Source: Waddliaceae bacterium
GTDB taxonomy: Bacteria; Chlamydiota; Chlamydiia; Chlamydiales; SLFE01
Length of the DNA stretch: 64,000 nucleotides
Direction of reading: 5' to 3'
Assembly (NCBI GenBank): GCA_963783885.1
Contig: CAWAPJ010000029.1
Span: 32,001 to 96,000 of the forward strand
Under the pieces are notes generated by a model. The model was not told the origin of the DNA, did no database searches, and saw nothing but the letters and a program-made list of their open reading frames with translations. Shown in pieces: positions 38,219 to 49,015 of this stretch. The number at the start of each line of letters is the position of its first letter. The first letter of the stretch is position 1. A program made the translations under genes and the position numbers.

Positions 38219-38335
38219 TGTGCACTCAATTTAAGGCAAATCTCAAAACTTTCATCAGCTCCGATCTTTGCGGTTATAGGTTAGTAGAGAGGTAATTTTG
38301 ACAATAAAAAATTTAAACGACACAATAAGCTCTTT

Positions 38336-39220
38336 ATGAAAACAAGACACCTTGTCACTCTGCTTCTAGTTTCAGGTTTCATCCTGCTTTCCATTCTCAT
38401 TATGCAGCCAATGGAAATGGTTGGAGGCTACAAGTATATCGACATCCTGTTTCCCGAGGGAGTCATAGGTTGGAAACAGCTGGAACTTCTGCTCATCATT
38501 CAAGGAGTCATGCTCGCAGTTGTCATTCCCGTCTTCATCCTCACATACTATTTCTCCTGGAAATACAGGGCGGGAAACACGAAAGCCAGACATGATCCTG
38601 ATTTTGACCACCACCCTGCCGCTGAATATATTTGGTGGGGTGTTCCCTGCATCATTGTTCTGATTATAGGTATCCTCACCTGGATCAGAACGCATCAATT
38701 AGATCCCTATAGGCCCATTGACTCTCCAAAAAAAGCGCTAGTCGTCCAGGCGGTCGCTTTGCAGTGGAAGTGGTTGTTCATCTACCCAGAGGAAAAAATT
38801 GCCAGCGTCAACTTTCTACATATTCCTAAGGATACCCCGATTCATTTTGAAGTCACCGCAGACGCTCCCATGAATTCGTTGTGGATTCCTAAACTGGGAG
38901 GACAAATTTATGCCATGCCTAAAATGAAAACAGAACTCTATCTGATAGCTGATGAAGTCGGAGATTTCAGAGGTTCTTCGGCCAACATCAGCGGCAAAGG
39001 ATTTGCGGGCATGCATTTTATCACACGCTCTTCATTAGAAGACGATTTTCAAAATTGGGTGGAGGCGGCAAAGCAGTCGGAAAAGGCCTTAACTGCAAAA
39101 GAATACGATCGATTAGCCGCTCCCAGCCAGAACAACCCTGTAGAGTCCTATCGCTTAGAAGATGAGAACCTTTTCGAACAGATTATCATGAAATACATGC
39201 CCCCAAAGAAAAGAGGATAA
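38336..39220 (+). CDS. cyoA: Cytochrome bo3 ubiquinol oxidase subunit II
   Basis: LDPYRP, ALQWKWLFIYPE, MNSLWIPKLGGQIYAMP, SANISGKGFAGM. Confidence 0.93.
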   Translation: MKTRHLVTLLLVSGFILLSILIMQPMEMVGGYKYIDILFPEGVIGWKQLELLLIIQGVMLAVVIPVFILTYYFSWKYRAGNTKARHDPDFDHHPAAEYIWWGVPCIIVLIIGILTWIRTHQLDPYRPIDSPKKALVVQAVALQWKWLFIYPEEKIASVNFLHIPKDTPIHFEVTADAPMNSLWIPKLGGQIYAMPKMKTELYLIADEVGDFRGSSANISGKGFAGMHFITRSSLEDDFQNWVEAAKQSEKALTAKEYDRLAAPSQNNPVESYRLEDENLFEQIIMKYMPPKKRG

Positions 39221-39223
39221 GAT

Positions 39224-41197
39224 ATGTTTGGCAGATTAACTCTTGGAGCATTCGATCACGAAATTACTCAAAATCTTGCTGTCATCTCGATGGCAGTCAT
39301 CGGCATTGGGCTTATCGGACTTATAACCTACCTCAAACGGTGGAAATGGCTTTGGAATGAATGGCTGACAACCGTCGATCCCAAAAAAATCGGTATCATG
39401 TATATCGTCGTCGTCCTTCTGATGTTCCTGAAAGGGTTTTCCGATGCCCTGATGATGCGCATTCAGCAAGCACTCGCCGTAGGAGATTCTCAGGGCTTTA
39501 TTTCCGCGACCCATTTTCAGGAAGTTTTTTCCGCTCATGGGACAACGATGATTTTCTTTGTCGGCATGGGATTTGTCTTTGGTATCATGAACCTCATAGT
39601 CCCCTTGCAAATCGGAGCTAGAGATGTCGCCTTCCCGTTTTTAAACGCTTTGGGTTTCTGGCTGTTTGCGGGGGCGGGATCTCTGCTTCTCATCTCCCTT
39701 GCTATCGGTCAATTTACGATAGCGGGGTGGCTTGCTTATCCTCCTTTGTCCGGACTGGAATACAGCCCCAATGAAGGAGTCGACTATTGGATATGGATGC
39801 TGCAGATAGCGGGGGTGGGCAGTACTATTTCTGCGATCAACTTTTTAGTTACCATCCTCAAAATGCGTTGTCCGGGCATGACGCTTTTTAGAATGCCCAT
39901 CTTTGTCTGGAGCGCCCTTTGCGCCACGATTCTCATTATTTTTGCCTTCCCCATTCTGACAGCGACGCTCTATTTGCTCACGCTGGACCGCTACCTCGGT
40001 ATGCACTTTTTCACTGCGGGAGGCGGAGGAAACCCTATGATGTATGTCAACCTGATCTGGGCTTGGGGCCATCCGGAAGTTTATATTTTGATCATGCCGG
40101 TGTTCGGCATCTTTTCCGAAGTGGTGCCCACCTTCTCGGAAAAACGATTGTTTGGATATGTCTCGATGGTCCTGGCCCTTGGATTGATTACATTCCTCTC
40201 ATTCATTGTCTGGGTGCACCACTTCTTTACGATGGGGGCAAGCCCTAATGTCAACGCGTTTTTCGGGTTTATGACCATGCTCATCGCGATTCCCACGGGA
40301 GTCAAAATATTCAACTGGCTGTTTACGAAATTTCGAGGAAGGATTCATTTCTCATCGCCAATGCTATGGTTTTTTGCTTTTGTGCTCAATTTTACCATAG
40401 GGGGAATGACGGGAGTCTTGCTTTCATCGCCTCCGGTCGACTATCAAGTCCACAACAGCCTGTTTTTGATTGCCCATTTCCACGGCATGGTCATTGGCGG
40501 GGTGCTCTTCGGCTTTTTTGCGGGATTTACCTATTGGTTTCCCAAGTACACAGGATTTTTTCTCGATGAAAAATGGAATATGTCAGCTTTTTGGTGCTGG
40601 TTCAGCGGTTTTTTGCTTGCGTTCATGCCCCTTTATATGCTGGGATTTATGGGAGCGACAAGGCGCCTCAACCATTACGACGCCTCTACCGGTTGGCATC
40701 CGCTGTTTTTGGTAGCGGCCGTAGGGGCATTTATTATTTTGTGTGGAGCCAGCATCCAGTTTTTGGGTCTCTTTTGGAGCATTAAAGAGCGCAAAAAGAA
40801 CCGCGACACCTCTGGAGGCGACCCTTGGAATGGCCGTACCCTCGAGTGGTCTCTTCCATCCCCTCCTCCCATCTATAATTTCGCTATCATTCCCAATGTG
40901 AACGATGTCGACCCGGTGTGGGAAATGAAACGGGGCCTTGCCCCTCCGCAAAAAAAGGAATACGAAGATATCCATATACCGAAAAACACCCCACTTGGAA
41001 TTTATATTGGGGGCTTGTGCATAGCTTTCGGCTTTGCTATGACCTGGTATATCTATTGGCTGGCAATCATCAGTTTCGTCGGAGTTATCGGGTGCCTGAT
41101 TTACCGCCTCTCCCGAAAAGACGTGTACGAGGTGATCATGAAAGAAGAGGTCAAGGAGATAGAAGACTCCCTCTCGAGGAGGCGTGAATTGGCATGA
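39224..41197 (+). CDS. cyoB: Cytochrome bo3 ubiquinol oxidase subunit I
   Basis: HGTTMIFF, WGHPEVY, VWVHHFF, AHFH. Confidence 0.96.
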   Translation: MFGRLTLGAFDHEITQNLAVISMAVIGIGLIGLITYLKRWKWLWNEWLTTVDPKKIGIMYIVVVLLMFLKGFSDALMMRIQQALAVGDSQGFISATHFQEVFSAHGTTMIFFVGMGFVFGIMNLIVPLQIGARDVAFPFLNALGFWLFAGAGSLLLISLAIGQFTIAGWLAYPPLSGLEYSPNEGVDYWIWMLQIAGVGSTISAINFLVTILKMRCPGMTLFRMPIFVWSALCATILIIFAFPILTATLYLLTLDRYLGMHFFTAGGGGNPMMYVNLIWAWGHPEVYILIMPVFGIFSEVVPTFSEKRLFGYVSMVLALGLITFLSFIVWVHHFFTMGASPNVNAFFGFMTMLIAIPTGVKIFNWLFTKFRGRIHFSSPMLWFFAFVLNFTIGGMTGVLLSSPPVDYQVHNSLFLIAHFHGMVIGGVLFGFFAGFTYWFPKYTGFFLDEKWNMSAFWCWFSGFLLAFMPLYMLGFMGATRRLNHYDASTGWHPLFLVAAVGAFIILCGASIQFLGLFWSIKERKKNRDTSGGDPWNGRTLEWSLPSPPPIYNFAIIPNVNDVDPVWEMKRGLAPPQKKEYEDIHIPKNTPLGIYIGGLCIAFGFAMTWYIYWLAIISFVGVIGCLIYRLSRKDVYEVIMKEEVKEIEDSLSRRRELA

Positions 41198-41790
41198 ATG
41201 AATCTGTAGCCGTTTATCCCGATCCTTACCAGGATGTCTATTCCAAAAACACATTGGGCTTTTGGTTTTATCTGATGACCGATTGTATGGTCTTTACCAC
41301 ACTCTTTGTGACTTATGCAGTTCTTAAAAGTAATACCTTTGGCGGTCCCTCGTCAAATGACCTTTTCAGTTTGAGCACAGCTTTTGCCGAGACGATGATC
41401 CTTTTATGCAGCAGCGTTACGTGCGGCTTCGGACTGCTCTCTTCATTGAAAAATGATAAGAAAAAAGTAGTTTTTTGGCTTGCGGTCACATTTTTGCTGG
41501 GAGCAGCTTTCATCGCCCTCGAGCTGAATGAATTTTCTCATTTTATCTTGGAAGGCAACAGCTTTACAAGAAGCGCTTTTTTATCCTCCTTCTTTACCCT
41601 TGTCGGCACCCACGGCTTGCATGTTTCTGTCGGCTTGCTATGGATGGCGGTGATGATCGTGCAGGTGTCTTTGCTCGGGATTACACTCGATACTTTTCGA
41701 AGGCTGATGATTTTTGGCATGTTCTGGCATTTTCTTGATTTGGTGTGGATCTTCATATTCACTTTTGTCTATTTAATAGGAGTCATATAA
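41194..41790 (+). CDS. cyoC: Cytochrome bo3 oxidase subunit III
   Basis: GFWFYLMTDC, LVGTHGLHV, FWHFLDLVW. Confidence 0.95.
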   Translation: MNESVAVYPDPYQDVYSKNTLGFWFYLMTDCMVFTTLFVTYAVLKSNTFGGPSSNDLFSLSTAFAETMILLCSSVTCGFGLLSSLKNDKKKVVFWLAVTFLLGAAFIALELNEFSHFILEGNSFTRSAFLSSFFTLVGTHGLHVSVGLLWMAVMIVQVSLLGITLDTFRRLMIFGMFWHFLDLVWIFIFTFVYLIGVI

Positions 41791-41791
41791 A

Positions 41792-42130
41792 ATGAGTGAA
41801 CATCTGAGTCTGGAGGAGACCCAAAAAGAATGGCCCGGAACCCTCCGCTCTTACTTGATCGGATTTTCCTCTTGCATCGTCTTGACAGGAATCTCCTTTC
41901 TGCTTGTCGGATTGAAGCTATTGTCCGGCAATATTTTGATAGGCACCATTGTCGCACTGGCTCTAGTGCAGGCGATTTGCCAGCTGCTTTTCTTTCTTCA
42001 TTTGGGACATGAAGAGAAACCTCACTGGAAGACCCTTATTTTCTACTGTATGCTGATGATTCTTTTAATTATCGCCATCGGGTCTTTATGGATTATGTTT
42101 GATTTAAAAACACGGGTGATGCCGGGATAG
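41792..42130 (+). CDS. cyoD: Cytochrome bo3 oxidase subunit IV
   Basis: SYLIGF, QLLFFLHL, GSLWIM. Confidence 0.92.
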   Translation: MSEHLSLEETQKEWPGTLRSYLIGFSSCIVLTGISFLLVGLKLLSGNILIGTIVALALVQAICQLLFFLHLGHEEKPHWKTLIFYCMLMILLIIAIGSLWIMFDLKTRVMPG

Positions 42131-42134
42131 ATTT

Positions 42135-42983
42135 ATGATTAATTATTATCTTCTGACAAAACCGGGAATTATTCTGGGAAATCTGATTACCGTAACAGCG
42201 GGTTTTTTGCTGGCGGCAAACGGAAATATTGATTTTAAATTATTTTTTGCAACCTTGATCGGCCTTGCGTTTATCATCGCTTCCGCCTGTGTTTTTAACA
42301 ATTATATCGACCGTCAAACCGACAAAAAAATGGAGAGGACGAAAAACCGGCCGCTTGTCACAGGCCTCATCTCCGGACGTCATGCCATTGTCTTTGCCAC
42401 TTTTCTTGGGATACTCGGCAACATTGTCCTCTTTTCATGGACCAACCTCTTGGCAGTACTCGCAGCAGACCTTGGTTTTCTCATTTATGTTGTCCTCTAT
42501 AGTTTTTGGAAATGCCATACAATTTATGGCACGGCAATTGGAAGTCTTGCGGGAGCCGTTCCACCGGTTGTCGGTTATTTAGCCGCCAGCGGCCGCTTTG
42601 ATGCAGGAGCCATCATTTTGTTTTCCATGCTGATACTGTGGCAGATGCCCCACTTCTTTTCGATCGCTATCTATCACCTGGAGGATTATACCTTAGCGGG
42701 AATTCCGGTGCTGCCGGTCATCAAAGGGATCCCGAGAACAAAAGTCCATATGGCGCTTTATATCCTCGGCTTTATTGCGGCTTCTTTGATGCTCACCTTT
42801 TTGAATTATACAGGGTATATCTACTTCATTGTGACGACAATCATCGGCCTGGCTTGGCTTGGCCTTGGACTTAAGGGATTTCGTTGTGCCAATCACACGC
42901 TTTGGGGCAGGGACATGTTCCGCCTGTCACTGTTGATGATAAGCGCCATTTGCCTGGCAATCTTTTTTGATGCGAGTGTCTAG
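42135..42983 (+). CDS. cyoE: Protoheme IX farnesyltransferase (heme O synthase)
   Basis: LTKPGII, NNYIDRQTDKKMERTKNRP, WQMPHF. Confidence 0.95.
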   Translation: MINYYLLTKPGIILGNLITVTAGFLLAANGNIDFKLFFATLIGLAFIIASACVFNNYIDRQTDKKMERTKNRPLVTGLISGRHAIVFATFLGILGNIVLFSWTNLLAVLAADLGFLIYVVLYSFWKCHTIYGTAIGSLAGAVPPVVGYLAASGRFDAGAIILFSMLILWQMPHFFSIAIYHLEDYTLAGIPVLPVIKGIPRTKVHMALYILGFIAASLMLTFLNYTGYIYFIVTTIIGLAWLGLGLKGFRCANHTLWGRDMFRLSLLMISAICLAIFFDASV

Positions 42984-43065
42984 TCTATAAAATTCTTACA
43001 GAAAATTGGGTGAGATTTTTTATCCTGACGTTGCGTGGAGATCGAAGTAAACATAGTGATGTTAG

Positions 43066-44895
43066 TTAGCTTGGACGTTCCACTGCGTTTTTCAAGCCAT
43101 TTAATTCGCGATATTTTTTGATTAAATCAAAGTTATCTTGAATTTGTTTTAATTCTTCCTCTCTAGTTTTATCGCCATCTATATTTTGTCTAACGTCTTT
43201 ATATTCGAGCACCAGTTTTCGGTATGCCTCTTTAAATGGTTTCCAGTCTCCTAGAATATCATCTGTGATTCCTAATCGACGAGCGGCTTCGCGGGCTTCT
43301 TTTTCACTAACGAAATCCTCATTAAAGTTGAAATCGTTGAATCCATTGCCATAGTTGAAATCGTTGAATCTATTGCCATAGTTGAAATCGTTGAATCTAT
43401 TGCCATAGTTGAAATTGTTGTATCTATTGCCATAGTTGAAACCATTAAATCCATTTCCGTTGTTGAATCCATAGCCAAAGTTGAAACCATTAAATCCATT
43501 TCTGTTGTTGAATCCATAGCCAAAGTTGAAACCATTAAATCCATTTCCGTTGTTGAATCCATAGCTATAGTCGGAAGCATTGAATCTATTTCTGTTGTTG
43601 AATCCATTGCCACTATTTCTATAGCCGAAACGATACCTACAGTCAAAGCCAAGCGTTTTCTTAATATTGTTTTTGAAAGCTTGTTTGTTGTCAGCCCCTT
43701 GGATCAAATTGTAAAAATTGTGGACGTCAGGTCTGGAAAACTTTTTAAAAAGCTTATAGCCTTCGGAAGTTTTCTTTAAGTCATTTAACCATTCATTCAT
43801 GTGGATTGTATCAAAAGAACCATTGCTTTCCCTTGTGAATCTGACCTGGGAAATATTTATGTAACTTAAATGACGATCATCAAGTAATTGAAATATTTCC
43901 GGTGTCAATCCAGTACCATCGTTGCTAGTAAGTAGTCTTTTAGTTTGCGTTAGAAGTAGTTTATCTAAGAGATCCTTATGTTTGTATATCTGATATTCGA
44001 TGATTTCCTTATTTGATAAAGAATGAATAAGATTTTTTATGATTTCCCTTCGTTCTTCAACGGGTAATTCAGTAAAAGCTTTATTGTTCTTAGATAAATA
44101 TGTTCTAACTTGTGAGTCTAATAAGCATTTTACTGCAGCACTTTTCCTGCTTAACTTCAAGACATCAACATCGTTTAAGTCTATGGATCGTATAAAATTT
44201 TCAACTTCTCTATCACCATACCAAAAATTATTTGTTTTCGCTTCTACTAAAGCGGAAACAAAATCACGTTTTTGCTTCGGGGATAATGAATTGTACATTG
44301 CTGCACAATTGTCATTTGATATTTTTATTGAAATGACATCGTTTATAAATTCCTCAATTTGTATTTTATCTGAATTTTCCATAATTTTTTTTGCATATTT
44401 GCTAAGCTGGTTTGTATTAAGGAGGGGTAAGTATTCATGTTGCGAAATTTTAGCTAATGTAAAATATTGTTCAATTTCCTCTGAATTTAATGAGTGCACA
44501 AAATCAGGTCTGTCAAGAAGAAAATAAAGTTTATGCTTGGAAAGGGTTTCGGGGGATATCTTCTTAAGTTCCTGAATCGGGTCATTTGAAAGACGCTTGT
44601 ATGATGTACTGCTCCAGAGGGTGTCGCAGCCGACTTTTAAAGCCAAAATGAGATTTGCGCATCGCAGAATTTTTCGAAGCCTTGAATTTTCACTATTAGA
44701 ATATCGATGAAATCTTTTATTCTCATATACATTCTTGTAATTGGATATATTAATATTATATCCCTTATAGAGATCTCTCATGCCAATAAAAAGTGGAATA
44801 ACCACGGTCCCTGTAGCAGTGCTTTTTGCCACGAATTTTCCTACCGATGCTACATTATTAAAAAAATTATTTTTAACTGTAAGTGAATGATACAT
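43066..44895 (-). CDS. AT-rich hypothetical protein with an N/G/F/Y repeat tract and a C-terminal J-domain-like region lacking HPD
   Basis: AARRLGI...FKEAYRKLVLEY...EELKQIQDNFDLI resembles J-domain helices; preceded by tandem repeats. Confidence 0.65.
   Translation of the reverse strand: MYHSLTVKNNFFNNVASVGKFVAKSTATGTVVIPLFIGMRDLYKGYNINISNYKNVYENKRFHRYSNSENSRLRKILRCANLILALKVGCDTLWSSTSYKRLSNDPIQELKKISPETLSKHKLYFLLDRPDFVHSLNSEEIEQYFTLAKISQHEYLPLLNTNQLSKYAKKIMENSDKIQIEEFINDVISIKISNDNCAAMYNSLSPKQKRDFVSALVEAKTNNFWYGDREVENFIRSIDLNDVDVLKLSRKSAAVKCLLDSQVRTYLSKNNKAFTELPVEERREIIKNLIHSLSNKEIIEYQIYKHKDLLDKLLLTQTKRLLTSNDGTGLTPEIFQLLDDRHLSYINISQVRFTRESNGSFDTIHMNEWLNDLKKTSEGYKLFKKFSRPDVHNFYNLIQGADNKQAFKNNIKKTLGFDCRYRFGYRNSGNGFNNRNRFNASDYSYGFNNGNGFNGFNFGYGFNNRNGFNGFNFGYGFNNGNGFNGFNYGNRYNNFNYGNRFNDFNYGNRFNDFNYGNGFNDFNFNEDFVSEKEAREAARRLGITDDILGDWKPFKEAYRKLVLEYKDVRQNIDGDKTREEELKQIQDNFDLIKKYRELNGLKNAVERPS
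43321..43620. repeat. Coding tandem repeats with 45-nt and 27-nt units
   Basis: YGFNNGNGFNGFNFG about 3 copies, then NYGNRFNDF about 4 copies. Confidence 0.9.
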
Positions 44896-44990
44896 GTTTA
44901 ATTTCCTTTTTATAGAATACGTTATAAAACTAAATTATAAATTTTGTGTAAAGATAGCTGTACTAGCTGCAAAACACAGGGACATTATCC

Positions 44991-46274
44991 CTAAATAGTC
45001 TCTGTGAGCTCTCGTGATCTCTGAGGTGAAAATTCCAGCTGCGAATAATTGAAAACTTGCGAAATCACGGGGAAGAGAAAAAGAAGCGTCATAAACGGCA
45101 CCACTTCGATGGATTGATAAAACAAAGTTTGGATGAGGGAGGCATAAAAGGCGGCCTTCAGCAGGCAGTGGCCCGGGTGGATGAAGCGGGGGATCTGCAG
45201 GAGGATGGCGTAGAAGAGAACCATGCCGATGAGTCCGAAGTTCATGAGGAGCTGGAGGACGCTTGATTCGGTTACACGGCTTTTGTTGGTGTCGAGCTTC
45301 TTTTTCGCGAGCATGTTGTTGGAAGCGTTGGTGTATTTCCCCGCCTCTTCGCCGATGAGAAGATTGGTTCCCACCCATTCGGAGATGACTCTGTTCCAGA
45401 TATTGATGCGGATGTTGTTTCCAATGGACTTTTTGCTGGCGGCCATCACCATGTGGTGGACCATGTTGTGGAGGGGGGAGTTTCGGCTTTCTTTTGAGAA
45501 ATAGAGGAAGGACAAAAAGCCGCAGGCGATGATGAGGGTGATGAGAATGATAATTTTTTTGGATTTTCTAAAAGGGGCGACAAGGGGGTAAAACAAAATC
45601 GAGGCGAGTAGGATTAAAGCGCCCGATCTTGATGCGGCGGCAAGGGGGGCGAGGCAAAAGATCAAACCCGACCACAGATACAGTTTTTTTTTGGAGAGGG
45701 CATACCATTGAAGGGAGATCATCCCCAAAAGAATCATAATGATCGGATAATGGAGAAAGCTTCCTGTAAGCGACGCGGGGCGGACGAGGTAAATTTCTCC
45801 CGTAGCGTCGAATTTAATCAGGTGGACCTGTTCCAAACAGGCAGTCATGAGCAAAAGCCAGCCGGCAAAAAGAAGTATTGGGGCAATCGCGATCTTCAGT
45901 TCTTTTTCTTCGAAGCGTCTGATCGTAAAGAGGCCGATCCAAAGAAGTCCAAGATTAAAGGCAAAGTAAATAACCCAGATTTTTGTTTCGTTTAGAGTGA
46001 ATGTGAGAAAACAGCTCAAAAAAGATTCGGCGATGAAGATAAGAGCAAAGATTATGTAAAATTTTTGAGAAGGGGAGGCGGCGCGGCTTTTGGGAAAGAA
46101 GATGAGAGCGCTTAGGGCTGTAATTCCTGCAAACTGAAGTGCCATGGCGAATTTTTTCGTCATGAGAAGCTCAAGCCCTCCTCGGCAGGTTGCCAGGATA
46201 ATCATGAAAAAAAACAGCAGGGTTTTCGGGTTGACCTTGATTTGGGTATCGGGGAGCGTTTTTACCAAGATCAT
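44991..46274 (-). CDS. O-antigen polymerase/ligase-like (Wzy_C family) membrane protein
   Basis: Multi-pass membrane protein; [19 protein letters not shown]...[13 protein letters not shown]; last gene of the wbp operon. Confidence 0.7.
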   Translation of the reverse strand: MILVKTLPDTQIKVNPKTLLFFFMIILATCRGGLELLMTKKFAMALQFAGITALSALIFFPKSRAASPSQKFYIIFALIFIAESFLSCFLTFTLNETKIWVIYFAFNLGLLWIGLFTIRRFEEKELKIAIAPILLFAGWLLLMTACLEQVHLIKFDATGEIYLVRPASLTGSFLHYPIIMILLGMISLQWYALSKKKLYLWSGLIFCLAPLAAASRSGALILLASILFYPLVAPFRKSKKIIILITLIIACGFLSFLYFSKESRNSPLHNMVHHMVMAASKKSIGNNIRINIWNRVISEWVGTNLLIGEEAGKYTNASNNMLAKKKLDTNKSRVTESSVLQLLMNFGLIGMVLFYAILLQIPRFIHPGHCLLKAAFYASLIQTLFYQSIEVVPFMTLLFLFPVISQVFNYSQLEFSPQRSRELTETI

Positions 46275-47905
46275 CGTTTCACTTTGACAAGCTCTTCCTC
46301 GGCGGGGTGGACCTGATCGAATTCCAGGCAGTAGGTTTCTCCGCTTGCAGGACAGCGGGCGAAGAGGGGTTCTCCGTCACTCGCCTGCAAGGGAAGGTCG
46401 AGCTTTTCGCCGTGGCGGCTCATCCAGCCCGTTTGCCTTGCGGGGCTGCCGACCATAAGAGCGTAAGGTTTGACGTTTTGAATCACGACGGCGCCGGCGC
46501 CGATGAAGCAATACTCTCCAAGCTCAATTCCGCAAAGGATTGTCGCATTCGCGCCTATGGTGGCGCCTCTTTTGACAAGAGTTTTGAGATAGTGGTCTCT
46601 CCGGACCACCTCACTTCGGGGGTTTCTGATATTGGTGAAAACCATGCTGGGTCCGAGGAAGACGTGATCTTCTAAGACGACTCCCGAGTAGACGCTGACA
46701 TTGTTTTGAATTTTGACGTTGCTCCCTATTTCGACATGCGGGGCGACATAGACATTTTGACCTATGCGGCATTTCGATCCGATTTTCGTTTTATCTGAAA
46801 TATGCGTGTAGTGCCAAATGGTTGTTTCTTCCCCGATAGCGGCGCCGGCATCGACTGTGGCGGTCGGGTGGACCTGTAGGGAATGATGAGCGCGCATTTG
46901 GGATGGATTTTTAGCTTCACCGCCATCTTCGAGACTCTTTTGAGCGGCCTGCAGTACCTGAAGGACGCGCAGCCCCTCTTCTCCATCGGTAAGCGGTGTT
47001 TTCCTCTCTTGGCAGCATAAGAGAAAATGGCGGCACTCCTCTTTGAGCGGTTCGAGCTGGGGCGGGTCCATAGGCTCGGGATCGGACTGAGCGGCAACGG
47101 GGGATTTGCCGTCGCTCCACTTGACATGTTCTCTGAAAATAACGAGTTTTTCTCCCCAGGGTTTTGTGTCGTCAAAAACCGCGAGGCCATTGGAGCCGAC
47201 GACAGTCATTTTTTGTTCCTTGAAGGGGCTAAGCCAACTGACATAAATGTGTGCTTGAACACCGCCGGGGAATTTCAAAACCGTCAGAGCTTTATCCTCT
47301 ACTCCTTCTGACAGGAAGGAGGCGCCTTCGCAGCGCACCTTTTCCGGAAGGCGGCCGCCGCAAAGAGAAAGGATAACCGAAACGTCGTGGGGAGCAAAAT
47401 TCCAGAGGGCGTTTTCCTCGGTACGGTAGCTTCCAAGGTTTAGCCGGTTGGAGGTGATATATTGAATTTTTCCGAGGTCGCCTTTTGAGACAAGTTCCTG
47501 AAGTTTGCGGACGCATGGGTGGTATTGAAGCAGGTGGCCGACCATAAGCAGGCATTCCTGCTCATCGGCAATGTGGATAAGCTCTTTGGCTTCGGCGCAG
47601 TCCAGGCACAGGGGTTTTTCGACATAGACGTCTTTCTCTGCGAGAAGAGCTTGCTTGGCTAGCTCGTAGTGTTGAAACGCCGGTGCGGCGATGGCGATTT
47701 GCTTGATCTTAGGATTGCCGAGGACTTCCGAAAAATCGGCGGTCAAAGCAACATCTGGATACTTTTCTTTGTAAGTTTGCAGCAAATCGCTGTCGGTATC
47801 GCATATTGTATGGAGGGCTCCAAGGCTGGAAAAATTTCTCGCAAGATTTTTTCCCCAATATCCGGCCCCGATTAAGGCGCATGTTTTTGGAAACTTGTCT
47901 TTCAT
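46271..47905 (-). CDS. Fused Gfo/Idh/MocA oxidoreductase (WbpB-like) and hexapeptide N-acetyltransferase (WbpD-like)
   Basis: ATG at 47905 overlaps the wbpE stop (ATGA); GAGYWG, VEKP, APHD; then VHPTATVD...[10 protein letters not shown]...FTNIRNPRS...PARQTGWM. Confidence 0.85.
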   Translation of the reverse strand: MKDKFPKTCALIGAGYWGKNLARNFSSLGALHTICDTDSDLLQTYKEKYPDVALTADFSEVLGNPKIKQIAIAAPAFQHYELAKQALLAEKDVYVEKPLCLDCAEAKELIHIADEQECLLMVGHLLQYHPCVRKLQELVSKGDLGKIQYITSNRLNLGSYRTEENALWNFAPHDVSVILSLCGGRLPEKVRCEGASFLSEGVEDKALTVLKFPGGVQAHIYVSWLSPFKEQKMTVVGSNGLAVFDDTKPWGEKLVIFREHVKWSDGKSPVAAQSDPEPMDPPQLEPLKEECRHFLLCCQERKTPLTDGEEGLRVLQVLQAAQKSLEDGGEAKNPSQMRAHHSLQVHPTATVDAGAAIGEETTIWHYTHISDKTKIGSKCRIGQNVYVAPHVEIGSNVKIQNNVSVYSGVVLEDHVFLGPSMVFTNIRNPRSEVVRRDHYLKTLVKRGATIGANATILCGIELGEYCFIGAGAVVIQNVKPYALMVGSPARQTGWMSRHGEKLDLPLQASDGEPLFARCPASGETYCLEFDQVHPAEEELVKVKR

Positions 47906-49008
47906 GACAGGGCCTCTACTGCTGCTGATTCTTTGACTGATTCGACAATGAAGTCTTGCGCCTCTTCTGTCAACCAGGGATGCATGGGCAGGCTGAGTAC
48001 CTCTCCGCAGACCTGCTCGGTGACAGGAAAAGCTTCTTTGGAAATTTCGAGGGATGCATAAGCCGGTTGGGTGTATATCGGAGTGGGGTAATAGACAGAG
48101 TTTGGGATCCCTTTTTCTTTCAGGCAAGCCGCGACTCTGTCTCTTTCGGGAATGCGGATGGTGTAGATGGCAAACGTGGAAGTGTAATTGTCTCTTATGA
48201 CGGGGACAATGCAAATGTCTTTTAGAAGATGATTATAGCGGTTTCCGATGGCGCTTCTCCTTTCGATTTCTTCGGGAAAGTAGGGAAGCTTGGTTTTGAT
48301 GACAGCAGCCTGGATCGTATCAAACCGGCCGTTCATTCCAATTCTAGTGTATTCATGCCTGTTGACTCCGCCATGGATTCGGATAGCTTTTAGGGTCTCG
48401 GCAAGATCGTCGCTGTCGGTAAACAGCGCTCCACCGTCCCCGTAACAGCCCAGAGGTTTGGCCGGGAAGAAGCTTGTCGACCCGATGGTTGTCATGCCGC
48501 AGCTTTGCTTGCCATTCAAAGTGGAGCCAAATGTTTGCGCGGCGTCTTCAATCACGGGGAGGTTGTGTTTTTTGGCAATGGCGTTAATAGCAGGAAGGTC
48601 GGGCATATGGCCGAAGAGTCCGACCGGCATGATGGCTTTAGTTTTCGGGGTAATGGCCGCTTCGATGAGGTCGGGGTTGATGTTGTAGGTGTCGAGTTCG
48701 ATATCGACGAAAACCGGTATGGCCCCTAGAAACGAGATGGTCTCGACAGTCGAGATGAAGGTAAAGGGTGTCGTGATCACTTCGTCGCCGGGCTTGATAT
48801 CCAATGCCATCATGGACATCAGGAGAGTGTCGGTGCCGCTGGAGGCCGTGACGCAGTGCTTGACACCGACAAAGTCGGCAAGCAGGGATTCGACTTCGCG
48901 AACCTGCGGGCCCATGATATACTGGCTCGAATCTAAGACTTCGTGAATCGCTTCGTCTATTTCTTTTTTATATTTTTGGTATTGGGTTTTTAAGTCTATA
49001 AAATCCAT
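47902..49008 (-). CDS. wbpE: DegT/DnrJ aminotransferase (WbpE-like)
   Basis: ATG at 49008 with [37 protein letters not shown]. Confidence 0.82.
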   Translation of the reverse strand: MDFIDLKTQYQKYKKEIDEAIHEVLDSSQYIMGPQVREVESLLADFVGVKHCVTASSGTDTLLMSMMALDIKPGDEVITTPFTFISTVETISFLGAIPVFVDIELDTYNINPDLIEAAITPKTKAIMPVGLFGHMPDLPAINAIAKKHNLPVIEDAAQTFGSTLNGKQSCGMTTIGSTSFFPAKPLGCYGDGGALFTDSDDLAETLKAIRIHGGVNRHEYTRIGMNGRFDTIQAAVIKTKLPYFPEEIERRSAIGNRYNHLLKDICIVPVIRDNYTSTFAIYTIRIPERDRVAACLKEKGIPNSVYYPTPIYTQPAYASLEISKEAFPVTEQVCGEVLSLPMHPWLTEEAQDFIVESVKESAAVEALS

Positions 49009-49015
49009 TGATTCC

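Noticed and set aside
43272..43652. Alternative-frame ORF of MDSTTEMDLMVST repeats, and the repeat tract as a possible CRISPR array
   Set aside because: By-product of the coding tandem repeat; the units are contiguous with no unique spacers and no cas genes are present
45000..45032. CTCTGTG...CTCTGAGGTGAA motif resembling short REP-like repeats at the wzy 3' end
   Set aside because: Single copy inside coding sequence with no clear partner arm
47906..48214. His/Arg-rich N-terminal extension on the 647-aa ORF
   Set aside because: Overlaps wbpE in another frame; the real start is ATG 47905, coupled to the wbpE stop
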